From contig JAZNNA010000011.1 of the NCBI GenBank assembly GCA_045580065.1, forward strand, positions 1 to 47,191: 47,191 nucleotides of DNA, written 5' to 3'. This stretch comes from Eubacteriales bacterium. Lineage in GTDB: Bacteria > Bacillota > Clostridia > Oscillospirales > CAG-272. Under the pieces are notes generated by a model, which did not search any database, was not told the origin of the DNA, and was given only the letters and a program-made list of their open reading frames with translations. The translations under genes and the position numbers were made by a program. Each line of letters opens with the position of its first letter. The stretch's first letter is position 1. Of this stretch, positions 7,355 through 15,320 are shown piece after piece.

Positions 7355-9781
7355 TTATTTTTTGATGGCGAAAACGCCGTTGTGCGTAAGCTTGTTGAAC
7401 TCGGTGGTAGAAGCATCGAAAATGTTATCGTGGTCCGGGCCGTTCTTGGTAAGAACAAGCGTGATATAATACGCGTAGGTAGAGGCCTTATCACCGGAAA
7501 TATAAATATATTTCACGCTGGGCATCTCATACGCGATGTGCTGATCCACCTGGAACTGCCAGCCGTTATTCAGCTTTTCCCTGTTCATGTAGTTGTGAGC
7601 AGCCTTGGCACTATGCGGCCACCAAACGGTTTCGGGCTGCACCATATCGTAAAAGTCGATCTCAAGACCTACGTTGCCGTGGTGCGCGATCGACACCATA
7701 TCCGACTTCAGATATTCGCCGTACATAGCGCACATCACGCGGCTCTGGCGGCGGTTGGCGTCGCCCGTCCACATCTGCGTAACGACCTCGCTCGGGTTAT
7801 CCTTGTTGGTCATGGTAAAGCGCAGGACCGTGTTGGTATCGTTGCCGTCACACACACGCATGGGAGTGGTATCCGCCCAGGTGGTGATCACCTCGATCTC
7901 CAGGTTTGCAAGGTAATATTTTTGCCCCGTACGAGCCTTGATGAACTTAAAGCCACCCTTTACCGCATTTTGCATATTTGCAATCGTTTTGGCGGTTATG
8001 ACCTTACCGATATCGGTCGTGCAGGAATACTCCTGGGGGAAATTGCCGATCATATAATCGATCTTCAGCGAGCCGGATCTGCCGTTCGCCTCAGCCATCT
8101 TCATAAAAGCATTGTAGTGGTCGCCGTGTGCGTGCGTCAGGACCCAAGCGGCAATATGAACGGGGTTAGCGGAAGAAACGGGTCTGCCGGTGATCTTGAC
8201 CTTCAGGTTGGTCAGCCACTCCCACAGTCTGGTGTGCGTGTCGCCGTTGTCGCCCATAGCACCACCGTCAAATACGATAAATCTGCCGTCCTCAAGCACC
8301 ACCACGTAGCCAAGACCTACGGCCCCCTCGTAAAGCGGGATCGTGCTGATCATCGAGTCGGTCACCTTATCGTAAACGGGATTTTTGTTCAGCAGATTGC
8401 TGTCCGCAAGGCCGGCATCCTCCAGGGGGGTGGATGCAATGCGGAAGCACTCCTCAAAATCATAGCAATTGGTATCCTTGGTTTTTACCTTGGAATGCAC
8501 GTTGTCATACGCGGAAAATTCGTTTTTATGCTTATAAGCGTTGTACGCCACGTACAAAGAAACACCCTCTTTGTTGTTGACAAAGGTGGTAAAGATGCTG
8601 TCCTCTGCACTGCTTTGCATCAGCACGCTGTAGCCCTCGCTCTTCAGCTTTTCGCAGTATGCGTTGTAGTTGGCGGCATTGATCCCGCTGCCGGTATAGA
8701 GGAACTGCAGAGAGTTTTCGCCGTCCTCCACCGTGTTATACAGCTCGATCCCCTCCCCTTCAGGTCTGGGGAAATCGGTGATCCACTTATCATTTCCAAC
8801 GCGCACAAGGCGGAAGCCCTGCGGAAGCGCGACCGTAACGGTACCGTCCTCATTTTTCACGGTTGCCTCGGCCAGAATATCCATATAGGCGCCTGCCGCA
8901 TTGATCAGCAGCGTATCGTTCCAGGCTGTTACGTGGACCTTGTCGCCTTCTACCACCACGGCGTACTCGTTTTCGGCAAGGGTGGCAAGCAGTGCGCGGT
9001 TCTCCTCACGATCGGGATACCCAACCAAGATCTCTTTCTCAGCAGTTTCGCTATCCTTGATGATCGGGAACAGCTTTTCGCGAAGGCCGGTCAGGTCTAC
9101 CATCTTTTGCACCATATTATCAATGACAAGCTGCGGATGATCCTTGTACGGCCCTCTATGGCCGGTAGAGCTTGTGCCCATATAGGCGCCGGTCAGCATA
9201 CCAAGATGCGCCTGGTGCACAAAGGAGTAGTAGCCTTTTTCAGAATCTGCAAGCAGCGCCATCTCCAGGTTGTTTGCCGCAGCCTTTTTGTGCACGGAAA
9301 GCACGGTGCTTTCCTCGCCCTCGGCCACAAGATACTTTTCCTGGAAGTACTGCACTGCCATCAGCGTCAGCAGATTGGAGGAGCCGACGATGACGATCTT
9401 GTTTTCCGTTACCTGGATCAAAAAGCCGTCGCCCTTGATGGCGCTATGCGCCTTTTTGCTTTCCTCTCGACTGGTAAGGCCGATCAGGATCTCTTTATCA
9501 CCCTTATCGGTCGTGGCGCGATCTTCGGTACGTGCCCAATAATTTTCACCGGTCTTTGCGCTAAGGGCGGTGGCAAAATCAGCCATGGCCTGCGTGAAGG
9601 TAACGGTGTATGCCTCGTCGCTCATAGAATCGCCGTACACAACACCATAGTCGGTAACGTCTACCTCGACGAGCTTTTTGTTAAGCGTGACGTAGCCGTC
9701 CTTTTCGCTGCAGGCAGTAAACAAAAGCGCACAGCCAAGCAGCATGGACAAAGCAAGCAAAAGGCTTAGGATCTTTTTCAT
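7355..9781 (-). CDS. Lipoprotein with C-terminal ComEC-type MBL-fold domain, paralog C of 5
   Basis: 808 aa. The start MKKILSLLLALSMLLGCALLFTAC has the lipobox FTAC. HAHGDH is encoded at 8117-8134. It also carries MWTGDANRRQ, IAHHGNVG and WITDFPRPEGEGIELYNT. Confidence 0.8.
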   Translation of the reverse strand: MKKILSLLLALSMLLGCALLFTACSEKDGYVTLNKKLVEVDVTDYGVVYGDSMSDEAYTVTFTQAMADFATALSAKTGENYWARTEDRATTDKGDKEILIGLTSREESKKAHSAIKGDGFLIQVTENKIVIVGSSNLLTLMAVQYFQEKYLVAEGEESTVLSVHKKAAANNLEMALLADSEKGYYSFVHQAHLGMLTGAYMGTSSTGHRGPYKDHPQLVIDNMVQKMVDLTGLREKLFPIIKDSETAEKEILVGYPDREENRALLATLAENEYAVVVEGDKVHVTAWNDTLLINAAGAYMDILAEATVKNEDGTVTVALPQGFRLVRVGNDKWITDFPRPEGEGIELYNTVEDGENSLQFLYTGSGINAANYNAYCEKLKSEGYSVLMQSSAEDSIFTTFVNNKEGVSLYVAYNAYKHKNEFSAYDNVHSKVKTKDTNCYDFEECFRIASTPLEDAGLADSNLLNKNPVYDKVTDSMISTIPLYEGAVGLGYVVVLEDGRFIVFDGGAMGDNGDTHTRLWEWLTNLKVKITGRPVSSANPVHIAAWVLTHAHGDHYNAFMKMAEANGRSGSLKIDYMIGNFPQEYSCTTDIGKVITAKTIANMQNAVKGGFKFIKARTGQKYYLANLEIEVITTWADTTPMRVCDGNDTNTVLRFTMTNKDNPSEVVTQMWTGDANRRQSRVMCAMYGEYLKSDMVSIAHHGNVGLEIDFYDMVQPETVWWPHSAKAAHNYMNREKLNNGWQFQVDQHIAYEMPSVKYIYISGDKASTYAYYITLVLTKNGPDHDNIFDASTTEFNKLTHNGVFAIKK

Positions 9782-9813
9782 AAACGTATCTTCCTTTCAT
9801 AAGGGTTTTGTTT

Positions 9814-9842
9814 ATTATATCAATTTTCTTCTGTAAAGTCAA
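9814..9842 (-). promoter_or_regulatory. Sigma-A promoter with extended -10 for paralog C
   Basis: Minus strand reads TTGACT (9842-9837), 17-nt spacer, TATAAT (9819-9814), preceded by TG (TGaTATAAT). Confidence 0.6.
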
Positions 9843-9884
9843 GCGCACAAGCTGCACAACTCACAATTTTAAAAGATATATCAC

Positions 9885-9920
9885 AAAATAAAAGCGGCAG
9901 CGAGGCTTACTCGCTGCCGC
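9885..9920 (-). terminator. Rho-independent terminator after paralog D
   Basis: GCGGCAGCGAG (9894-9904) / CTCGCTGCCGC (9910-9920), an 11-bp stem with a 5-nt loop. TTTTATTTT follows on the minus strand. Confidence 0.8.
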
Positions 9921-9928
9921 CGGGATTT

Positions 9929-12391
9929 TTACTTTCTGGCTGCTACGTAATTGACCTTATAGAAATCGGTCACCGCGCAGTAGTCAACGGTTTTACCTGT
10001 CATCAGGTCGAAAACGCCGTCGTAATCCGGGCCGTTTGCGGTAAGCACCATGGTAACGTAGTGTGCGCTATACTTGGTGTCGCCGGACTTGTTGCCCGAG
10101 GTGTACAGATACTTAACAGTGTTGATCTTGTACATCAGGTGCTGGTCTACCTCGTACTGCCAGCCCTTGCCCTCGTTTGCGGGGTTGAGGTAAGAGGCAA
10201 CAGAACTTGCATTGTGAGGCCACCACACAACAGTGGGAGAGATCAGATCGTAGAACTCTACCTCACAGCCGGCGTTGCCGTGATGTGCCACGGAGGTCAT
10301 ATCCGACTTGAGGTAGCTACCGTACATGGCGCACATAAAGCGGCTCTGCCAACGGTTGGCGTCTCCCGTCCACATCTGGGTGATCTTCTGGCTTGGATTA
10401 TCCTTGTTGGTCATGGTAAAGCGCAGAACGGTGTTGGTATCGTTAGAGTTGTTGGTGCGGATGGGGTTGAGGTCCTCCCAGGTGGTAATGACCTCGATCT
10501 CGCAGTTTGCAAGATACAGCTTATCACCTGTGTGTAGCTTGACGTACTTAAAGCCGCCGCGGATCGAAGCTTTCAAGCTGGCCACCAGCTCATCGCTCAT
10601 AACATTCAGACCAGCGGCACCGGCATAAGAGCCCTCCTGGGTGGGAACGTTGGCAAACATATAATCCATCTTCAGCTGGCCGGAGCTGCCGTAGGTATCA
10701 GCCATACGCACAAATGCATAGTAGTGATCCCAGTGTGCATGAGTCAGCACCCAAGCAGCAATGTGAACGGGGTTAGAGGAAGATACGGCCTTGCCGGAAA
10801 TGCGCTCCTGCAGCATGCTAAGTGTGCTCCAAAGCACCTTGTGCTCGGCAGTTGCGGCATCGTCGTTTACACCGCCGCCATCAAACACGATAAATCTGCC
10901 GTCCTCAAGAGTCACAACGTAGGAAAGGCCTACTGCCTTGCTGTAGATAGGCATGGTAGTGATCATAGAATCGGTCTTTTTATCGTATGCGGGGTTTTTG
11001 GTCAGCAGAGTGCTGTCTGCAAGGGTAACGGAATCAAGAGGTGCGGAAACGATACGGAAGCAGGGATCCTGCTCGTAATAGCCCTTATCACCGGTTTCGT
11101 CCTTGGAGTCGGTGTAGCTATAGGCAGAAAACTCATCTCTGTGCTTAAACGCATTGTAGGCCACGTACAGAGTAATGCCCTCCATACGGTTTACAAAGGT
11201 GGTGAACAGGCTGTCCTCAATGCTGTTTTCGCTGAGGATGCTGTAGCCGGCAGCCTTCAACGTATCGCAGTAGGCCTTGTAGGAGGTGGCATTTACGCCG
11301 TCGCCCATATACAGGTACTGCAGCGCATTGTCAGAAGCATCCATCGTGTTGTACAGCTCAATTCCCTCGCCCTCGGGCTTGGGGAAATCCGTCTTCCAGT
11401 CCTTATCGACGCGTCCGGAAAGGCTAAGGCCGATGGGAAGCGAAACGCTCTTGTCCTCGGCGGTGCCTTCTATGAGCAAATCAATGTACTCGGTAACGGC
11501 GCCCTTTACGGTAACGTCGTTCCAGCCGGTGACCTGGATCTGATTTTCCTGCACGGTGATCCTGTACTGGTCATCGGCAAGCGTAGCAAGCAACGCCTTG
11601 TTCTCGTCGCGCGCTACCACACCCACAAGAACCTCTTTTTCTGCGGTATCACTATCCTTTTCGATCTTAAACGCCTTATCGCGCAGGCCGGTCTGAGCCA
11701 CCATCTTCTGCACGATCAAGTCGATCGCGACCTGTGGATAGTCCTTATACGTGCTGTTAGCAAGAGTAGAGCCGGAAACACCCTTGTAAACGGGGGGGAG
11801 GATACCAAGCGATGCATCGTGAACGTAAGAGAAGTAGGATTCTTCGGCATCGGCAATGGTCACACTCTGCATTTTAAAGGCCTGTGCCTTTTGGTTGATG
11901 GAAAGCTCGGGATTGACCTTTTCGCTGTCGGAGAGGTACTTATCGGCAAAATACTGCACAGCCTGCAGAGTAAACAGGTTGGAGCTACCAACGATAACGA
12001 CCTTTTTGTCAGTTACCTCAATGGCAAAGCCATCGCCCTTGATAGAGTTGTAAACCTTTTTGCTTTCCTCGCGGTTGGTAAGGCCGATCAGGATCTCCTT
12101 GTCGCCCTTATTGGTCTTTGCGCGGTCTACGCTATAAGCAACAAAGCTTTCGCCGGTGGCCTTGTTCAGCATAGCGGCAAAATCAGACATACGCTCTTTA
12201 AAGGTAACGGTATAGTCATTGCCTGTCATAGAATCACCGTAAACCAGACCGTAATCGGTCAAATCCACTTTGACCTGCTTTTTGCTGAGCTTGACGTATC
12301 CATCTCTTTCGCTGCAGGCGGAAAGAATGAAGGTCGTGCTTACCAGCATCAAAAGCGCCAGCGCAAGACTGAGAATTTTTCTCATCTTCAT
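9929..12391 (-). CDS. Lipoprotein with C-terminal ComEC-type MBL-fold domain, paralog D of 5
   Basis: ORF 9929..12472. The preferred start is ATG 12391 (MKMRKILSLALALLMLVSTTFILSAC; lipobox LSAC) with an AAGGAG RBS. The upstream ORF extension would run through the promoter. The HxHxDH variant HAHWDH is encoded at 10725-10742. It also carries MWTGDANRWQ, VAHHGNAG and WKTDFPKPEGEGIELYNT. Confidence 0.8.
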   Translation of the reverse strand: MKMRKILSLALALLMLVSTTFILSACSERDGYVKLSKKQVKVDLTDYGLVYGDSMTGNDYTVTFKERMSDFAAMLNKATGESFVAYSVDRAKTNKGDKEILIGLTNREESKKVYNSIKGDGFAIEVTDKKVVIVGSSNLFTLQAVQYFADKYLSDSEKVNPELSINQKAQAFKMQSVTIADAEESYFSYVHDASLGILPPVYKGVSGSTLANSTYKDYPQVAIDLIVQKMVAQTGLRDKAFKIEKDSDTAEKEVLVGVVARDENKALLATLADDQYRITVQENQIQVTGWNDVTVKGAVTEYIDLLIEGTAEDKSVSLPIGLSLSGRVDKDWKTDFPKPEGEGIELYNTMDASDNALQYLYMGDGVNATSYKAYCDTLKAAGYSILSENSIEDSLFTTFVNRMEGITLYVAYNAFKHRDEFSAYSYTDSKDETGDKGYYEQDPCFRIVSAPLDSVTLADSTLLTKNPAYDKKTDSMITTMPIYSKAVGLSYVVTLEDGRFIVFDGGGVNDDAATAEHKVLWSTLSMLQERISGKAVSSSNPVHIAAWVLTHAHWDHYYAFVRMADTYGSSGQLKMDYMFANVPTQEGSYAGAAGLNVMSDELVASLKASIRGGFKYVKLHTGDKLYLANCEIEVITTWEDLNPIRTNNSNDTNTVLRFTMTNKDNPSQKITQMWTGDANRWQSRFMCAMYGSYLKSDMTSVAHHGNAGCEVEFYDLISPTVVWWPHNASSVASYLNPANEGKGWQYEVDQHLMYKINTVKYLYTSGNKSGDTKYSAHYVTMVLTANGPDYDGVFDLMTGKTVDYCAVTDFYKVNYVAARK

Positions 12392-12443
12392 AGCAATTCT
12401 CCTTAATAGATAAAATAAACCGATCCACTCGGTTTGTAGCCCC

Positions 12444-12472
12444 ATTATACCACCTTTCGGTTTTGAATGCAA
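12444..12472 (-). promoter_or_regulatory. Sigma-A promoter with extended -10 for paralog D
   Basis: Minus strand reads TTGCAT (12472-12467), 17-nt spacer, TATAAT (12449-12444), preceded by TG (TGgTATAAT). Confidence 0.6.
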
Positions 12473-12550
12473 GTAAAATCAGGACTGTTCACTTTTTTGC
12501 AAAACTTTTTGGTTTATTTGACAAATTCCTCTTTCAAATTTTGTAAATTA

Positions 12551-12584
12551 CAACAAACAAAGGGGAAGGCGCGCGGCCTTCCCC
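12551..12584 (-). terminator. Rho-independent terminator after paralog E
   Basis: GGGGAAGGC (12562-12570) / GCCTTCCCC (12576-12584). TTTGTTTGTTG follows on the minus strand. Confidence 0.7.
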
Positions 12585-12599
12585 TTTGTAGGCGGTTAC

Positions 12600-15014
12600 T
12601 TATTTTTTAACCGAAACCGTACCGTCATACGGGATCAGCTCGCCGGTCTTAAGGTCATATACCTCATCGAAGGCGGGGCCGGTCTTGCGCAGCTCAAGCA
12701 CGGTATAGTATTTGTCGTTGGTTCCCTTTGCATCGCCGGATACAAAGATGTACTTTACGCTGGGAATGTTGTTTACAAAGTGCTGGTCGACCTCGTACTG
12801 CCAGCCTCTGCTGATGTTTGCAGGGGTGGTATACATCTTGTAAGCACTCATGTTGTGCGGCCACCAGATAGCGGTGGGAGAAACAAGATCATAGAACTCG
12901 CACTCAAGACCGAGGTTGCCGTGGTGAGCCACGGAAACCATATCGGCATCAAGGTAAGAGCCGTACATAGCGCAAAGATAGCGGCTCTGCCAACGGTTGG
13001 CGTCGCCCGTCCAGATCTGCACGTTCTTTTCGTTGGGGTTATCCTTGTTGGTCATGGTAAAGCGCAGAACGGTGTTGGTATCGTTAGAGGTATAGGTGAC
13101 GCGGGGATTCAGATCCTCCCAAGTGGTCAGGACCTCGATCTCAAGATTGGCAAAGTAGAACTTCTGGCCGGTATGCACCTTGATGTACTTGAAGCCGCCC
13201 TTGACAAGAGATTGCCAGTTTTTGATGCTCTGCTCCGTGATGCCGCCCGAGCCGTGTGCCCAGTGGGTATATGCAGCAAACTCGTTGGGGTAGTTACCAA
13301 AGAGGTAATCCATCTTCAGGGTGCCGTTTTGGCCGTAGCGGGAAAGCACGCGATTGAATACGTAGAAGTGGTCGCCGTGGGGGTGCGTTACGATCCAGGC
13401 TGCGATATGTACAGGGTTGGAGGCGGAAACGGCCTTGCCGGTGTACTTTTCCTTCAGATCCTTCATTACGCCGTAAAGACGAACGTCCTCGTCGCCGGTG
13501 TTTTCGCCCATATTACCGCCGTCAAACACGATAAATCTGCCGTCCTCAAGCATGATCACGTAGATCAGACCAACGGCGTTGCCGTGCAGAGGCATGGTTG
13601 CGATCGCAGCATCGGCGATCTTATCGTAGGGCTGCTTTTTGAGGATCTTGTCATCGGGGAGCGTGACGGAGCTGATGGGAGTGGATACGATACGGAAGCA
13701 CTTTTCAAAGTCGTACCAGCCGATATCGCCGGTCTTGACCTTGGAAGCCTTGCTTGAGTATGCGGCAAACTCGTCCTTATGCGCATAAGCATTGAAGGAC
13801 GCATAGATCGTATGGTTCTTTTTCTGGTTGACAAGCGTTACAAAAACACTGCCCTCCACTTCGCTCTCGGTAAGAACGGTGTAGCCCTCACCCTTCAGGG
13901 TGTTGCAGTAGGCCTTGAGAGCATCGGCGGTCACGCCGTCGCCCATGTAGATATACTGCAGCGAGTCGTCGGTGGCGTTCATGGTGTTGTACAGCTCGAT
14001 CCCCTCGCCCTCGGGCTTGGTGAAATCGGTGATCCAATCCTCGTTTACTGCGCCCGTGTAGGTAAAGCCAACAGGCAGAGCAATGACCTTATCTGCGGTC
14101 ACAGCCTCGGCAAGCAGATCAATGTAGGTATCAACGCAAACGTCAAGCGCGTCGGTGCACCAGGCGTTCAGAACGACCTGGTTCTCCGTTACGTTAAGAA
14201 TGTACTGGTCCTCGGCAACGGTGGCGCGCAGCGCAACGCTCTCCTCGCGGTCCACGACGCCTACCAACACCTCTTTTTCGGCATTCTCGGTATCGGTAAT
14301 GGTGGAGAAGGCTCTTTCGCGAAGGCCGGAAAGCTTGGCCATCTGCTTTACGATATTTTCGGCAGCCACAACGCAGTAATCGCGGAAGTCACCGGAAACG
14401 CTTGCATAGTCTGGGCACTTGGGATCGGTTCGAAGTCCGTCCTGGAACACGTAAGAGAAATAGCTGCTTTCAGTATCGGCAAGCACGGTGGTGGCCATCT
14501 GGTTTGCCTTGGCGGACTGGTTGATCTGAAGCTTTGCTTCAGGCTTTTCCACCACGTTAAGGAAGGTGGTCTTAAAGTACTCTACCGCCATCAGCGTGAA
14601 GACGTTGGAAGAGCCCACGATCACGATCTTGTTTTCAGTCACCTGAATGGCAAAGCCATCGCCCTTGATGGAATTGTAAGCCTTTTTACTTTCTTCGCGG
14701 TTGGTAAGGCCAATAAGGATCTCCTTGTCGTTCTTACCGGTCTTTGCGCGGTCCTCGGTCTGGGCGATAAAGCCCTCACCGGTGGCAGCGGAAAGCGCAG
14801 TAGCAAAATCTGCCATTTTTTCTTTATAGGTTCTGGTAAATTCGTTTTCGCTCATCGAATCGCCGTATACCAGCGCGTACTCAGAGAAATCGACCTCTAC
14901 CTTTTTGCCGCTCAGCTTTATCTCTCCTTTTTTCGCACAGGAAGAAAAAAGCACGGCGCCGCCTGCCAGCATCAGCACTGCAAGCAGAAGGCTTAAAACT
15001 CTCGTCTTTTTCAT
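12600..15014 (-). CDS. Lipoprotein with C-terminal ComEC-type MBL-fold domain, paralog E of 5
   Basis: 804 aa. The start MKKTRVLSLLLAVLMLAGGAVLFSSC has the lipobox FSSC. HPHGDH is encoded at 13368-13385. It also carries IWTGDANRWQ, VAHHGNLG and WITDFTKPEGEGIELYNT. Confidence 0.8.
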   Translation of the reverse strand: MKKTRVLSLLLAVLMLAGGAVLFSSCAKKGEIKLSGKKVEVDFSEYALVYGDSMSENEFTRTYKEKMADFATALSAATGEGFIAQTEDRAKTGKNDKEILIGLTNREESKKAYNSIKGDGFAIQVTENKIVIVGSSNVFTLMAVEYFKTTFLNVVEKPEAKLQINQSAKANQMATTVLADTESSYFSYVFQDGLRTDPKCPDYASVSGDFRDYCVVAAENIVKQMAKLSGLRERAFSTITDTENAEKEVLVGVVDREESVALRATVAEDQYILNVTENQVVLNAWCTDALDVCVDTYIDLLAEAVTADKVIALPVGFTYTGAVNEDWITDFTKPEGEGIELYNTMNATDDSLQYIYMGDGVTADALKAYCNTLKGEGYTVLTESEVEGSVFVTLVNQKKNHTIYASFNAYAHKDEFAAYSSKASKVKTGDIGWYDFEKCFRIVSTPISSVTLPDDKILKKQPYDKIADAAIATMPLHGNAVGLIYVIMLEDGRFIVFDGGNMGENTGDEDVRLYGVMKDLKEKYTGKAVSASNPVHIAAWIVTHPHGDHFYVFNRVLSRYGQNGTLKMDYLFGNYPNEFAAYTHWAHGSGGITEQSIKNWQSLVKGGFKYIKVHTGQKFYFANLEIEVLTTWEDLNPRVTYTSNDTNTVLRFTMTNKDNPNEKNVQIWTGDANRWQSRYLCAMYGSYLDADMVSVAHHGNLGLECEFYDLVSPTAIWWPHNMSAYKMYTTPANISRGWQYEVDQHFVNNIPSVKYIFVSGDAKGTNDKYYTVLELRKTGPAFDEVYDLKTGELIPYDGTVSVKK

Positions 15015-15051
15015 AACAAACTCCTTTCAAAAGTTTTCATAAGACAAATAC

Positions 15052-15080
15052 ATTATAACATTAATGTTATTCTTGTGCAA
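15052..15080 (-). promoter_or_regulatory. Sigma-A promoter with extended -10 for paralog E
   Basis: Minus strand reads TTGCAC (15080-15075), 17-nt spacer, TATAAT (15057-15052), preceded by TG (TGtTATAAT). Confidence 0.6.
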
Positions 15081-15255
15081 GTTTTTTACTTTTTTTGCTT
15101 TAAATTTCATTTTGTTGCACAATTTGTTCAACTGGATTTTGGCATTTCACACAATAAAAGCAGTCTTTTCTCGGCTTGCATATTTGTATTTTTGAAAACG
15201 CCATGCCCTCCCCTTTCTTTTTTACAAAAAATGCAGAAAGCTGCCGCTTTCGCTC

Positions 15256-15284
15256 TTGACAGTTGGGGCGTTAAATGCTATAAT
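15256..15284 (+). promoter_or_regulatory. Consensus sigma-A promoter for alaS
   Basis: TTGACA (15256-15261), exactly 17 nt, TATAAT (15279-15284). The leader to the alaS ATG is about 30 nt. Confidence 0.65.
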
Positions 15285-15320
15285 AAAGGTTGTATTATTT
15301 TAAGGAAAGGCTTATTGGCT

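Noticed and set aside
7226-9769. 847-aa plus-strand ORF. Similar long plus-strand ORFs occur at 3149..4561, 5417..7111, 10724..12406 and 13779..14996. All lie antisense to the MBL-lipoprotein genes.
   Set aside because: These are mirror-frame shadows of the real minus-strand genes. The translations are low-complexity (rich in G/V/A/R/H). They have no signal or domain motifs and no RBS or promoter. The opposite strand encodes proteins with clear lipobox and HxHxDH motifs. Stop-free antisense frames are expected when the sense genes rarely use TTA, CTA or TCA codons.
2381-15014. Interpretation of the five MBL-fold genes as beta-lactam resistance metallo-beta-lactamases, or as a horizontally acquired island.
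   Set aside because: The proteins are ~800 aa, lipidated and multi-domain, and they carry the ComEC-type TGD/HHG motif set rather than the class B1/B2/B3 lactamase organisation. The region has no integrase, transposase, flanking tRNA or flanking direct repeats. By eye its composition and codon usage do not differ from the neighbouring housekeeping genes.
15075-15320. 5-prime extension of the alaS ORF, and a possible T-box leader upstream of alaS.
   Set aside because: The extension runs across a perfect TTGACA-17-TATAAT promoter (15256-15284) and across the divergent paralog E promoter. A conserved AlaRS N-terminus begins at ATG 15321. The leader is only about 30 nt, and I could not find a T-box consensus or specifier/antiterminator architecture.
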